A stretch of DNA of 64,000 bases from the human T2T-CHM13v2.0 reference genome, Homo sapiens. The stretch lies in assembly GCF_009914755.1 (NCBI RefSeq), contig NC_060926.1; one strand, 5' to 3'. The notes beneath the pieces were generated by a model. The model saw only the letters and a list, made by a program, of their open reading frames with translations, searched no databases and was not told the origin of the DNA. Below are positions 38,164 to 52,768 of this stretch, piece by piece. Every line of letters starts with the position of its first letter. Within the stretch, counting starts at the first letter, position 1. Made by a program: the position numbers and the translations under genes.

Positions 38164-40600
38164 AAAACCAAATACTTCACAAGAAGATTAAACTATTGAC
38201 CAATATCCTGCTTGAAGAGAGAAGCAAAATTTTTTTAAATATTGGCAAACTGAATCCCAAAATATATCCAAATGATCGTATATTGTGACCAATGATATTT
38301 CTACCAAGAGTGCAATTTGGTTTTATATTTGAAAATAAAGTAATGTAATTTACCACATTAACCAATAAAAAGAAAAACATAATTATCACAATAGATTTTT
38401 TTAAAAACCTTTTGTCAAACTTTAGCATACATCCTAGGGAAAAAAAAAGAAAAAAGTGCTCAGCAAACCACAGTTACTTTTGCGCCAATCTAATAGTGAA
38501 AAAGGAGCATCTTCAGCTTAATTATGATCATTTATGGAAAATCTACAGCTAAAATTATACTTAATTGTGAAAGACTGAATAATTTTTCCTAAATTCAAGA
38601 ATAGACAAAGGCTTTGTGCTCTTTCCACTTAAATTTGACAATATGGTGAAGGTTCTAGAAAGTTCAATGAAAAAGGAAAACAAAACAAAACAAAAATGCC
38701 TAGTGTTTAAAAGGGAAAACTGTTCACTGATGACATCATTATGTACAAAATCAATACAATTTACTAAAAGCTACTAGAATGATACAAGAACAATGTACAA
38801 AAACAATTTTATTAGTATTTACAAGCAAAGAACAAATGTAACATGAATTTTACAAAATAATGTTGTATTATTATCAATATATTTTTTAAATTAGAGGTAA
38901 ATCTGGCTAAGTATGCAAAAGACCTGTGCATTGAAAACGATGAAACATTACTGAGTGTAATTAAATAAGACCTAATAAAGTGATGAGCTATATCATGCTC
39001 CTGGGTTGAGATATTCAATATTGTTAAAATGCCAATTCTTCCCAATAGATTTATAGTTTTAACATGATCTCTATCAAAATCCCATCAGGCTTCATTATAG
39101 AAGTAGAAAAATTGATTGTAAAACTCACATGGAAATGCAAAGGATCTAGACCAGCCAAAACAACTTTGAAAAATAGCAGACTTGGAGGAGTATCACTGGT
39201 TTCTAGAATCACTCTCAAGCTACAATAATCAAGAAAAAGAGATGGTAGCATAACGATATACACTTTGATCAATCAATACAGCAGAGAATCCAGGAATAGG
39301 TCAACAAAGAAATGAAAAAATGCATGTTTTAGCACCTTTGTTGAAGAAGATCCTCTCTTCCCAGATCCTTCGCATCTTTAGAAAGGTTATTCTACAACAA
39401 AGGATGATAAAACAATTGGATACCCATATGTGAAAAAAAATTTGTTGTATACCTTACAACATTAAACAATCTTCTGAAACTGGCTTGTGGACCGAAATGT
39501 AAGATATAACACTATTTAACTTCTAAAAGAAAACACAGGAGAAAAACTTTGTGACCTTGGTCAGGTAGATATCTTAAATATTGTGCAAATATGCACCAAA
39601 AATATAGTCCATAAAAGACTAAGTTGTTAAATTAAATGTTAGCAGAATTAAAACCTTCTGCTCTTCAAAAGACACTCCTAAAAGAACAAAAAGATCAGCC
39701 ACAGACTTGGAGAAAACACTTGAAAATAACATATCTGATAAAAGTCTTTTGTCCAGAACATATAAAAATATAATTTTCAAACTGAATAATTAAAAAAAAA
39801 GAAGTGGGAAAGGTTTTGAGCACTCACTTTACCAAAAAAGATATAAAGATGACAAATAGACACGATAATTCATTAGAAATACAAATTAAAACCACAATGC
39901 TATACTGCAACACATTTTAAGAATGGCTGAAATGAAAAAGACTAACTGTACCAAATGTTACAAGGATACGGAGGAAATGGATTTTTCAAATATTGTTGGT
40001 ATGAATATAACATGGTATGACTGGAAGTGTTTGGCAGTTATTACAAAGTTAAACATGCACTTACCATATGGCCCAGCAATCCCATTTCTAGCAAAGTGTT
40101 AATTTATATTCACGCAAAGGCCTATATATGAATGCTAGATAGCAGTTTTGTTGATGATCACCAAAGTATGTAAATAAGCAAGATGAATATAATTGTGACA
40201 TATCTATTTAATGGAATACTTGTCAGTAACAAAAAAAATGACATTTTGATACATACTACCACATGAATGAATCATTAAAAATTATGCTGAATAAAAGAAG
40301 CCAGACAAAAGTGAATATTTACTTTGTGATTTCATTTATATAAAATGTGATAAATTCCAAACCAATCTGTACTGGCATAATGCTGATCAGTGGTTGTGTA
40401 GGTTAGGAGGTAAGTGGGCAGGGGTGAAAGGAAGGATTTACAAAGAAACATGAAATCACTTTTGAGGGGGATTGATATGGCCGTTACGTTGATTGTACAT
40501 GGGTTTCACAGATTGTATGTATATCAACATGTTTCACACTGTATACTTTAAATATATGTGATCTAGAATATATAAATTATACCCCATTAGAGTTTTTAAG
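38164..40600 (+). mobile_element. Old L1M (L1ME/L1MD-type) ORF2 and 3' UTR, right part of the host element
   Basis: Resumes ORF2 at accaatatcc..gcaaaa; ttcaatattgttaaaatgccaattcttccc; 3' UTR ttatgctgaataaaagaagccagac...aattatacccca. Confidence 0.88.
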
Positions 40601-40783
40601 CTTTTAGAAAAGATTTACAAAATGCTATTGCTTCAGTGACAAAATATAACTTTTGATTTAATTGTTCAGATGATTTTAAAAGTGTCTACAGCCAGGATAC
40701 ATACAGAGATTATTGAATTTTTTTTTTTTTAACCAAAACTGCCTGATGCAGTCCTTGAATATATTCTCTTAAAAGACAATTGC

Positions 40784-41110
<327 letters not shown>

Positions 41111-42633
41111 TTACTGTGTGTTACTGGAGACTGACTACAGACATATGTCAGGTAAGCTCAGCCTAGAAATGACTATCATGTATTTGGTAATGCTAGAGAA
41201 ACATACACATATAAAAGGGGCTGCTAGGTAGCTAACTAAATAAACATAAATGATATAAACTGGAGGGAGCAGTGTGAGACGTTCAGATGAGTTCAGGGAG
41301 TTCAACCCATACATATGCAGTATATTTCTCTGCCTGTAGGTTTGATGATAGATCCCTCCAATGGTCTTCCATGGCCATTGCCATATGCTTTGAATTACAT
41401 AATTCTCTCCAAGCCAAAGAAAAACAAGAAGCATTTTTTAAAATTTTTGTTTCTTTGTTGTTGTTATTGTTTAAATTGAGGGTAGCTTTGTTGTTCAGAA
41501 ATAGGATGTAGAATACCCTTCAGATTATAAAACCCTAGGGAAAGAAGGCATGTTTCCTGATGGGAGAGGATGATGGTAAATCTATGCCATCAAAAGAGCT
41601 GAGACCACCACTAAGTGGTACAGTAGAAATTAGGCTTGTGATCTCAGAGGAAAGTTTGGATAATTGCAGATTCTTGTGCCATCACCAAGATGGTGATATG
41701 GTCATGTGAATGAGCCCTAGATGATTGTGCAATAAATGCATCCCCATGTGTCTGTGCTCAATTCTGGACATAGCTGTGGGAATTCAGAGTGAAAATTAAG
41801 GTTAATGGTGAAGATTCACATGAGCAAAACTGGGTAGCTAGCTTGGAAATAGAATGGAATAACCGTTGCCTAAGTCAGATCCCCAGAATACGTTACCCAG
41901 GTTCTTGAAACAAGTGAATTTAAGCAATGCAAAAATGGGTCACATTATCACATATTTGCTTCTACATGTTGAAGTAACAAATGTAATAAGTGACTGTACT
42001 TCTTTGCTAGTAGGAAAGAAGTTGCCTGAAAATGGTATAAGGTATAATTCCCAGAGGAAATGTTTGTTAATAGTTGGCAGGTAAATTATATTGGATCTGT
42101 CAGTAGCCAGGGGGTGGCGGCAGGAGTAGGCACAAATGGGTATTGAATAAAATTGACAATTATTCCATTCTAGGCTTTTTATATTTTGTAGCAGAACCAG
42201 ACATAATGAACATAAATAAAGGATTGAAGGTAGAAAAATAACTTTTCAATTTGCTCACATGGATTTATTTCCTGTGATCAAAGTATTCACTAGTGCACAA
42301 AGACAAGTAGTGTGCACAGGAAAGGTAACATACTATTACATAAACATATCACAGACCTTATCACCCTTGGAACATTGGTCCCATTGTTTTTGTTGAATAT
42401 ACAATTGACAATTAAACGTTTTGATTTAAAATATGAGGTATGAAAAGGCTTGAAGGAATACTTAAATGGACTAAATATTTTCACAAAAGAAATTCAGTAT
42501 AGGAGGGATTTAACTGTAAATATTTTTAAAATAAGAATTTGGAAACGAGGGGGTGGGGAATGTGAGATATGACATAACTACATAACTTTATAACTTTTCC
42601 ACCTCCCACAATTTTTCTTTTATTTCACATATC

Positions 42634-42635
<2 letters not shown>

Positions 42636-42682
<47 letters not shown>
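42636..42682. repeat. (GA)n microsatellite
   Basis: Seen directly, one interruption. Confidence 0.97.
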
Positions 42683-42683
<1 letters not shown>

Positions 42684-43908
42684 TGCACAAGATATGGTAT
42701 CCATACTAGAGAATTTGACTGAATGCATGTATTTCTGGAATATCATCAGGGTGGATTATAACTTCCTCATAGTAGTTAAATTAGGACTAAATGTGAATAT
42801 CGTCTTGTTACCAAGTGACAGGATCAGACCTGTAGTTATTTTCCAATCACATGCTGTAACATTTTCCTGAAGTCAGGCTGAGGAAGAAACCCTGATGAAA
42901 CAGATGCAGCTGTCGGTTCTCTGGAAAATCAGTATAATACTTCCAACAGCCAATACTACCAGGGCAGAATAGGTATGAGTTGTAAAAAGTAATAAGTAGT
43001 CATAAGAAAATATTGTGGTGAGTGAGAAGAGGGCACAAAAAGTGAGTAAGGACCACCAGGCACATGGAAAGGATGTTTAAGTTATTAAAGTGAGAGTATT
43101 TTAGGACATGAAAAAAATAGTCTTGGCTATTTCTCCCAGTCTGCTGCTATGGCCAGCTGATGCAGGTAGAAGGGAAATAGGGCTCCTGAAGATTGATGGG
43201 CTCTGCCTAAAGACTGTATCTGTTTAATTTGGACAAAAGGCTTGCAGAATCCCCTGAACACTGAACTAACAGGTAGCAACTTTAACCTACTATTTGGTTC
43301 ATAATTTCTGGGGTATATTTACTAATTTATTTCTTTTTCTGGTAACCAGAGAGAGAGAAAAAAATGATCACCTTTTATTTGCAAGGGTGGAAATTCCTAA
43401 ACAGCCAGGCATCTACAGTTTGTGTGACTATGAATCAAGATGACACATTGCTAAGACAGGTGTCTGAGTGTGATGGGAAGTGGATTTCCACCACATATCT
43501 GAAATATAATTTGTTTTACCCTTTCATCTACACTGAATATAAATCAGATAAAATGTTTTTATGGCAAGTGGCAATGAAATCTGAATAGCTGAGGAGAGTA
43601 AACATAGTAGTGATATGGTTACCTCATTCTTGCAATGTCTGTCCTTTGACACATCAGAGAAAACACTTTGAGAGGACTTACGGCACACTTAAACTGAGCT
43701 GAATTTAGAATAGAAAATGCCCAACCAATAGTCTCATAGAGCACACAATTTTTGGTGCCTATTGGATACCTAACCTGTACACGTGTGACAAATGCCCAAT
43801 GGCAACAATATATAAAGTGGTTTGAATAGCACTGACACCACCATCTCAGATGTAAATTGGGAATTTTCTGAGCCAGTCTACAATTGCTCAGTTAAAAGAA
43901 ATGACCAT

Positions 43909-44321
43909 TTATATGGTTTGGATGTTTGTCCCTCTAAATCTCATGTTGAAATGTAACCCCGTGTTTGGAGGTGGGTCCTGCTGGGAGGTGTTTGGATCAT
44001 GGTGTTGGGGGCCTCATGGATGGCTTAGCACCATCCCCTTGGTGATAAGTGAATTCTCATTCCGGTATTAGTTGTTTAAAAGAGTCTGAGCCCTCCCATT
44101 TTTCTCTCTCTTGCTCCTTCTCTCACCACGTGATGTCACTGCACCTGCTTCAACTTCTGCCAAGAGTAAAAGCTCCCTGAGGCCTCACCAGAAGCCAAGC
44201 AGATGCCAGCACCACACTTCCTGTACAGCCTGCAGGACTGTGAGCCAATAAAACCTCTCTTCTTTATAAATTACTCAGCCTCAGTTATCCCTTTATAGTA
44301 ATGCAAGAATGGCCTTATACA
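43909..44321 (+). mobile_element. MST (MSTA/MSTB-type MaLR) solo LTR
   Basis: atatggtttggatgtttgtccctctaaatctcatgttgaaatg...aagctccctgaggcctcaccagaagc...ttataca; TSD accat/actat. Confidence 0.92.
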
Positions 44322-44417
44322 ACTATCATGATTTAAAAAAGATACTTGCTAACACTTATTTATGATACCATGGGAGAGACAATACCCTGAAAGATTAGCG
44401 TGCCAATTTAGCGTGCA

Positions 44418-44740
44418 GGCCATGGTGACTCATGCCTGTAATCCCAGCACTTTGAGAGGCTGGGGCAAGAGGATTGCCTGAGGCCTGGATTTCAAGACCG
44501 GCCTGAGCAACATGGCATGACCCCTTCTCTAAAAAAAATAAACCTTTTACAATTAGCTGGGTGTGAAAAGATAAACAAATAAATTAGCCGAGCATGTTGG
44601 CTCCTCAGGAGGTTGAAGCAGGAGGATCACTTGAGCCCAGGAGTTTGAGGCTGCAGTGAGCTATGATTTTGCAATTGCACTCCAACCTGTGCAACAGAGC
44701 AAGACCCCATTTCTTTAAAAAACTTATAAATAAATAAATA
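44418..44740 (+). mobile_element. AluJ with rearranged middle region
   Basis: ggattgcctgaggcc..., ggatcacttgagcccaggagtttgaggctgcagtgagctatg; start of the right arm (aattagc) appears twice. Confidence 0.9.
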
Positions 44741-45369
44741 ATGTCCTATGCTTTGAACCAGTGACTACTATATATGGGCCTCATTTTCCTATAGTCATTG
44801 TAAATGGGCCTAGGAATCAAGGCATGGAAATGGTCCTTCTAACTAATACACCTAAAGATCACTGAAATACATGTTTTATTTCTCTTCCAGAAACTTTGGG
44901 TCTGACTGAGAAGAAAGTTTCCATCAAAGGACAGAATACTCACATTGAATTGGAAAGTGAAATTTACCTCTTGGCTATTTTGAGTGTCTCGTACTAGTGA
45001 AACAGGAAAGAGAAAGGGGTTATGGTAATAGCTGTGGTGATTGATTCCAAGCACCAAGTGGAAATTGGCTTGCTGCCTGCTACACAATGGGAACAGAGAA
45101 TGCTATGCCTGGAACTCAGAGGATTTACTGGATGGTTTCAAATATCTAGCTCCCAGTTATCTCCAGTTTGGATAGAGGTGAGCTACTGATAAAAGGAGAC
45201 TGAGAATCTTGCAACACTGGATGTTGGCATAGTAAATAAAAAGAAAAAAGAAACATTTTACTTCTATTTTTATCCCAAGGATAAGGATGGTTAAATGGGA
45301 GAAAACACATTCCTCATACTTAAATTTAAATTCTGAAGCACAATATGTCTTTAGAACAGAAGTAATGAT

Positions 45370-45575
45370 TTCAGTACAGGGTAGTGTTTAAAGTCCTCGT
45401 CTTGAAATCAAACACAGATCTTTCAGATCTTGTACTTTTTATCTTATTGAACTCATTTCTTAAATTTTCATTCCAAAATTATCCAATTTGTATAATAGCT
45501 GATATAGTTGTTAAAAAGGTTGCATAGAATAATACAAAGTGTCTGGCAACTAAGTACTTAGTAAATAATAGCTTT
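45370..45575 (+). mobile_element. MIR
   Basis: gtacagggtagtgtttaaag...aaagtgtctggcaactaagtacttagtaaataatagct. Confidence 0.6.
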
Positions 45576-47757
45576 TATGTATATTACTATAAAATATGAT
45601 CAGGTGAGCATTAATTCGAATATGGAATCTGGAATGATAGATATGAAAGCTGACTTACTGACAATTCATTTCTACTCCTCAATTTTATAGGAGAGGAAAT
45701 TGAGCAAGAAAAAGAAAAATAAAGAACTTTGTCTAAGATCAGAGTATTGAATAGAGATACAAAAGTATGTAAAATCAATTACTGTATAAAAGAATAAATA
45801 TCAGCTTTATAAAATTTGTAATGTGGAAACTAGTAGTCAGAAACTTTTAGGCCAAAAACAAATATGCTAAGACCACAGTAATAATTTTAATTCCTAGCCA
45901 CAAGTTTAACAATTTGGTAAATGCACATACTACAGTACATCATAAACCAGCTTAGTATGCAAAAATTAAGAATGAGATTATCTCTTGAACTAGAATCTAT
46001 GAGTCTGAAGAATAGTCATTGGCTTGTTAGTTTACATTATTATCATACTTTCCATTAATGGGATCCTTAGGCAATAGTTGTTATGTGTACAGAAGTTTTG
46101 ATACAGTATTTATCAAGAATTATTTATTTTAAATTGTGTTTTTATAAGCTTTTAAAGGTTTATAAATAACAGTGTGTGTGTGTGCTGGAGGGGGTGAAGG
46201 GTTTGTATTCTTCCTGAAAATGAGATGGAAAACTGTTTAGATATTTTTAAAGAATACAAGCAAATAATCCTGAAATGTAAATCAGAAAAAGGGATTGTAT
46301 TTCTTTCTTGAAACAGCTTGAATCACTGACATTTTATTGATTTCCATTGAGCCCCTATATCCTACACAATCCTATGGTAATCCCTAGCTGATTAGAATGT
46401 TTTATCATTTTATTTAGAAACTAATGTAAGATTTGGGGAGAAATATAATTGGAACTGAACAAGAGAAACAGTCCCTGGCTTTAGATCTAAAAAAGAAATT
46501 TCAGACTCAGAAAATACTGAAACAACATAATATTCTGTGAGAATAATATTAGAATAAATTAATTAAAATTAACATAAAAATAAGGTAGCACTTATAGGTA
46601 TAGGATTCAGTGCTTATAGTTAAAATAATTCCAAATACAGTACGAAATTCACATAATCTTGATCCAGGTTAAGATTGAGACTTATTAAAGCTCAAGATAG
46701 ATTTTTGTTTGATTTTTCTTGCCTCAAGGACTGTTTTATCCAGGAAGTTATTCAAGCTTTTTGGCGTATGAGTATTGTCTGTTATTCCTTTTAAAGGAAA
46801 ATTGACTTCCTTCTCTTCTTCCTCTGGAAACATCTTCATAATAGGCTGTAAGACCCACATTTTAATTGAGTCTTTGTAATAGGACTATTATTATCACATG
46901 GGGAAAGTCACAGGGTGATTTACTAAAGACTGTGGACTCTCTCTTTTCTCTCAAAAATTTTTAGCCCTTCAGTTTGAGTTTGAAAGTTTAAATATAATAG
47001 AACTGCTAATCTATGATTTTTGGTATTGGACTTCTGGAAATAGACTCTGCTTCTCATTACCAGTTGAGTTATTGATCCATTAAAGGGCATGTCTACAAGC
47101 CCTCTCTACTGAATTCAAAAGCCCGGTGCTGTTGCTTCTCTTTTGAAGTCAGACAAATCTTTGTTCAAGGAAGAGTCAATAAGGAGTCTTATACTTCTTT
47201 TGACTTGAATAAAATTTCTTTTACATTCACACTGAGAGCTCTTTCCTACAGAATGGTGACATACATTTATTTTTGAAAGCTTCTTTTCTCCAACTTCCAT
47301 ATGTAGATTTTTGTTGCCTCTATTGCACACAGATGAAGTCCTGATTTAGCTCTAGGTAGAAGTAATTTCATGTGATAAAATGTCTAGAATTCTTCTGTGA
47401 AGGCTTAAATTTTAAAATGTTAATCTCTGATCTTTTCTATTGGCTCTAAATGGGATGCCCTTCCTATTGCCTGTAGAAAGAGGCAAAACAAAAGTCTTAA
47501 TACTAAATTCACTGAAAACTTAATAAATTCTACAGTTAAAAACAGTAGTAAAAAATCAAATGTCATTGATAAGTGACATAGTAACAATAATCAATGCTTA
47601 TTAAATGTAAAGATTTCACATTAAATTGTATATTTCTGAAGGCCACTGCAGTAAGGCAAGAGAGAAATGAATAAATCTTGATCAAACATCAAAGTAATGG
47701 ACAATGAGTATAGAGTTGTGAGAAATATTTAGAAGGTGGTAAAGACAGCAGGACTTG

Positions 47758-48083
47758 CCCAGCATTTTGGAAGTCCAAGGTGGTGCATCTCTTGAGTCCA
47801 GGAGTTTGAGATCAGCCTGGGCAACATGACAAAACCCCATCTCTACCAAAAAAAAAAAAAAAAAAAAAAAAAAGAAAAGAAAAGAGAGAGAAAACATTGA
47901 GCCATGAATGGTGGTGTGCATCTGTGGTGTCAGCTACTCAGGAGGCTGAGGTGGGAGGATAATCTGAGCCTGGGGAGGTAGAGGTTACAGGGAGCCATGA
48001 TCACACCACTGCACTCCAGCCTGGGTGACAGAGTGAGACCCTATCTCAAATAAATAAATAAATAAATAATATAATAAAATAAA
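47758..48083 (+). mobile_element. AluJ, 5'-truncated, with expanded central A tract and (TAAA)n tail
   Basis: cttgagtccaggagtttgagatcagcctgggcaacatg; A-rich run 47848-47893. Confidence 0.92.
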
Positions 48084-51034
48084 ATGATGCCATGCAAAGA
48101 GGTCACAGAGACACAGTCAGCACTAAGAAATGCTGATATAAAGTAGAGGTTATTAGAAAAACTTGCAATCAGATAACAGTAGAACATATGCAACCCTATA
48201 AACACTAATTATCCTACAGCATAGGTGGGTAGTTTGCATATAACATGGCCTAATTTTTTTTCTCTATTTCTGAAATTGCTAAGATTTGGTATTGGACACC
48301 TGAAGTGTTTTTAAAATTTAATTATATTATCTGTTTTATTTCCTGTATTTGTCTTCCCTTAATCAGGAATATTTTCAACTTCACAAAAAATTATTAAGTA
48401 AAAATATCTACTCTTATATGTATAACTTAAACAACTTCTGTTTTGTTCTCTGAGTGGTTTTTCATAGCACTATATCTTTTCTCATGTCTCTGAGGAAATT
48501 GTCTTTGGTCATCCAAGTTTGTTTTTCCTGCAGGCTTGTCTCAATATATGCCTTTCTTTTTCAGGGCTTTCTTCAAATATTTGGTAATCAATGCTTATGC
48601 ACTCTTGTTTAAGAAGGCACCAAGAAATTGAGCAGAAGCTCAGAAGGCTTAACAGGTGAAGTTTTCACATGGATAATCTGAAAACATCTTTAGGGATTTA
48701 GTTTAGGCTGCTTATACTACTAAGATAAAAAATCTTTTTATTTTCTGCCCAGAGGACATCAGCCTGGCTGCCAATAATAAGCGATGAGGGCAGGAAGGGG
48801 CCTGGGTATTTTGTCGGTCACCATGTGGATTTTCAAGCCATCCTCTTGTTTTTAGTATTGCACTCCTACAGCTAGATGTTCCTGTTGGGCTCCATATATA
48901 TGTCTCTGGATCACCTTTTAGGGAGACCAATTTTTAATTTTCTAATAGTATTAAAGTAGGACTCTAAATAATCTACCCATTTGGAAAAAAGGATTCAACA
49001 AATCCTTCTGTCTTCAAGCCAATATGCCACAGAATTTAGAGTCATCAATTTTTTTAAGGATTTTATGGTTTCTGCAGAGGAATCATGTTACTTTTGTGTT
49101 TCTCCTGCTGTATAGCTCAAATATGTTTCTCAAATTTGCTGAAGTGGTTTCCACTAATCCATAAGCTTCTAAACTTCCAAAATTGTGTTGCCATGTATTT
49201 TTCAAGATTGTATCACTTATGTCAATATTTTACTGTCATTTTAGTAAAATTTTAGAAGAAAGTTGGAGAAAACACATGTGCTTAACTTGCCATTTTTAAC
49301 AGAAAGTCAATCCAATCATTTACTGGATTTTCAACCTCAACTTCAAAAAGTGACATTTGTACAAAATGAATATCTTCATGTCACCAAAACTTTGTCATGT
49401 TGCTTTTCTTTACCTGGTGAAATCCAGTGAATCATCTCTCAGAAGACATCTTAATAAATTACAGAAGTTATATGTTTGATGTTAGGCAGAATTTAATTTC
49501 AACATTTATTATTAGTACATGATAGCTGTATGACATTGGAGGGAATGGTTTCCTATCTGATAACATTGTTTCACATCTCTGTAAAACAGGTATATTCTTA
49601 GAAACTTAATTATTCTCATATTTATTCTATATTCTTAGAAACTTAATTAGAGGTTTAAAAAATAACCCTTTAAACTGCACAGTTTCTTGGTGAGCTTCAG
49701 ATGAGAAAATTTGTTTATGTAAATCAACTATTTAAAGCCATAATCTTTAATCTTATGTTACAGTGATATATCTCACCATGTGATATTCTTACCAATCAGC
49801 AAAATACCTTACAAGCTATTGAGAGCAATTCTTTGAATATATGTCTATACTTACAGATATCTTTCTTTATCAGTGAAGCTAGAAATAATTGAAACATTTT
49901 GACTAAGGCTCTCTTTTTCTTCAAGAGTTTTAAGAAAATTGTCAAATTTGATTCTTCATATTTATCCAAGACAGGTTGAAAGTTACTCTATTAATATTTG
50001 ATATCAGATTTGAATACAAACGTATTTAAATTTTAATCCTCTGTTCTTTCCAAAATAAAATGTTTTCTCTTATTTTTAGTTTATTTTGAAAAATTCAGTA
50101 TCATCCTTTTCCTTTTGGAAATAATTCCTGAATATTCTTGTTACCATGTAATTTTTTTCTATGTAATTTTTTCTATATAGTTTTTTTCTATATAATTAAG
50201 AGTATATTTAAGTTATATATTAAAATGAACTCCATACACACTGATGTACTACCAAATAACTGTTTAGCTTAAGCATAGTAACTGGAATAATTTTGTGTAG
50301 TTATGTTTAGAAAAAATAGCACTCTTCACATCTACAAATAATGTTAGACAGATAAGTAATTCACTTAGGGTATGAAAGACTATTTTCAAATTCCAAGTAT
50401 ATAAAAATCGGTGAAGAAGAAATTGTTACATTTAGTTAACTATTACTTATTTGCAAAGATCTTTAAATTTATTAATAATAACAGTATAACTTTAAACATA
50501 TAATTATTATAGATTCCAAAATGCAAATTAGACAGTGCAGGCACACAAGAAAAATAAGACTAAAAAGTGATACACAAAAATATTATGGTTATTTATATTA
50601 ATTATTATTTGAAATCCCTGCTCAAATAAGTGCTATCAAACTGAACTCTGCTAATTCTCCTTTTACTTTCCTGAAATATTTTCTCTTTTTCTTTTATGAG
50701 AACCTCTTATTCTATCTACCTAGTAAATACAGAAAATTGACCAAAGTCTGTTTTTAATGAGAACACATGATCTGATTTCTCATGCTTAAATTGAGTAAGT
50801 ACTCAAGTTATTAATAACTTATGATTGAAAAATATTATACGCAGTTTGATAAACAAGTTATTATCCAATAGAAATTTTTTTAATGTTTACCAAGTTTTTT
50901 TGGTAACCAATGCCTGTATGTAGTGCTTAATGTATAGTATTGTATTCACATTTCCTTAGAATATGACCCACATACTAGATAATAAGTACCCAAACTAACT
51001 TATTTAAACTTGTAATCTGCCCTCACTACAATGA

Positions 51035-51548
51035 TCAATACTCTCAATAGCTCCAGCCCTATGGGGCCATTTTTCCCACTCTCCACAATTCTCTGACCTG
51101 CCTTGTGCTCTGGAAGGCTAATCTTCATAGCGTCTTCTTCAGGCTCCTTGACTCTGTGGCTTTAATTTGAAGTTTGTCATCTCATGACACTCTCAGGAAA
51201 TTAGAATATACAAGAGACAGGTCAGAATTTTTATTCCCATGGTTTATTCTTTGTTAAGCATTTAGTTTGGCCATGATGGATTTCTTTATTTAAGACTACA
51301 GCTTCTGTAGGCCAACTGTATTCCCATGGGTACAGTGCCCACCATGTGCTGCTTTACAGCTCCCTTCCCTTGGCACTTCACATCTAGATGCAGTAACGGC
51401 TTTCTAGTGTTGCTAGTCCTTACATGCTTCCATAGCCATGTCCACCTCTTTCAGTAGCAGTCCATTTACTAATTTGCATTTAGTCATTTTTTTCTGAGTG
51501 TGCCATTTTTTTTTCCTTTTTAGGGGGGGCTGGAACCCTGGTAATATA
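51035..51548 (+). mobile_element. LTR33-like ERVL LTR
   Basis: ctgccttgtgctctggaaggcta...caggctccttgactctgtggctt...tgagtgtgccatttt...ctggaaccctggtaatata. Confidence 0.7.
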
Positions 51549-51589
51549 TCCTCCTCTGTGTTTTTTTTATTTTTTTTTTTAATTTCCAT

Positions 51590-51746
51590 TACTAGCTTCT
51601 TAGATTTACACATTTATTGTGTACAACATTTATTGTTTATTTTTCCCCACTACAGTATGAGTGGTACATAAACAGTACCCCTGCCACCTATAACAGTGTC
51701 TAGCATATAGACATCTAGACACCTAAAATATTTGTTAAATGGATAA
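51590..51746 (+). mobile_element. L2 3' end
   Basis: ttccccactacagtatgag...aacagtgtctagcatatag...aaatatttgttaaatgga. Confidence 0.7.
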
Positions 51747-52768
51747 TTGGAAAATTGCATTCAGAATTCCAACTTGGTATGCTAAGAACACATCCTATTT
51801 CATAGCTGATTTGACAAAAAGACCAGTAAGTCTTGTACTCTTTGCTGTTAGACTGTTGAAGCAGATATTATTTTGTATTCAAAACAATACTACCTACTTT
51901 TTGGTCAACAGAAGCAGCTCCAGCAGAGCAGATTGTGTTCACTAAAGCCGTGAAAGAATCTACTGGAGTTGTGTTGAAGGGGAAAATAGAGGTTTAGGAT
52001 CCTCAGCTAGGGTAAATTCCCAGGTTGTCTTAATGATACTTTGAAAAGGGAAAGGATTTACATTTTTAATTGCCATACCTTCAGTTTTTAACTGTAACAA
52101 CTTCAGTTTTAACTTAGCCCTTCATGTTTTACATCATAAGTATACCTCTTATTTCTATCCCCACTACCACATACTTAATAAAGAAAAGAAAACTAAATTA
52201 ATTCATCAATAAAACCTGTATTCCACTTAGAAAAAAAGTGATTTATTTGGAACAAATACTTTGATCAATTTATTAAGTTAGCAATATTCATCATATAATG
52301 TATTGATTGTAAAAGGGCGCACAGCTTTAATCCCAAACTCCACGGGGCAAAGAAAGACATATGTTGTCATAGTAAGAAGGAACTTAGTTGCCAAGTGCCA
52401 ACTGGGACACAGCAAAGAAAGAAAACACAATTGAAAGGAAGATAGAGAAGGAAACAAAAAAGACAACCTAATCGGTAAGTTTTTCTTTATGATCTTCATT
52501 GGGCACATCTTTTATAAATGTATGTCAAAACCCTTTTAGTAATGACAGCTTGCTTTAACTAACATGAGGCTATTTAATCATCAAATTTAGTTTCAATATT
52601 TATAAATTTCCATGCTTAAATGTGTTTAAAATGTAATAAAATATGCAATCTATATATGCAACTTACTATGTCATGAACCACTCCTCAGACTGAATGCTTA
52701 AACCTGTATGTCTGAAGGATTTCAAATTTGATATTACCATGTTATAGTTGCTGTTTTTCATTACAAAT

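Larger units (their letters stand above)
43300..45150 (+). mobile_element. Highly degraded ERVL internal (pol/dUTPase) fragments, interrupted by an MST LTR and an AluJ
   Basis: atgctttgaaccagtgac..aatgggcctaggaatcaagg..gtggtgattgattccaagcaccaagtggaaattggcttgctg..acacaatggg; parallels 8480-8880. Confidence 0.6.

Noticed and set aside
47109-47152. Imperfect hairpin ctgaattcaaaag...cttttgaagtcag as a pre-miRNA
   Set aside because: Stem of only 13 bp with a mismatch; too short and plausible by chance. The same applies to the 11-bp stem near 25838-25867.
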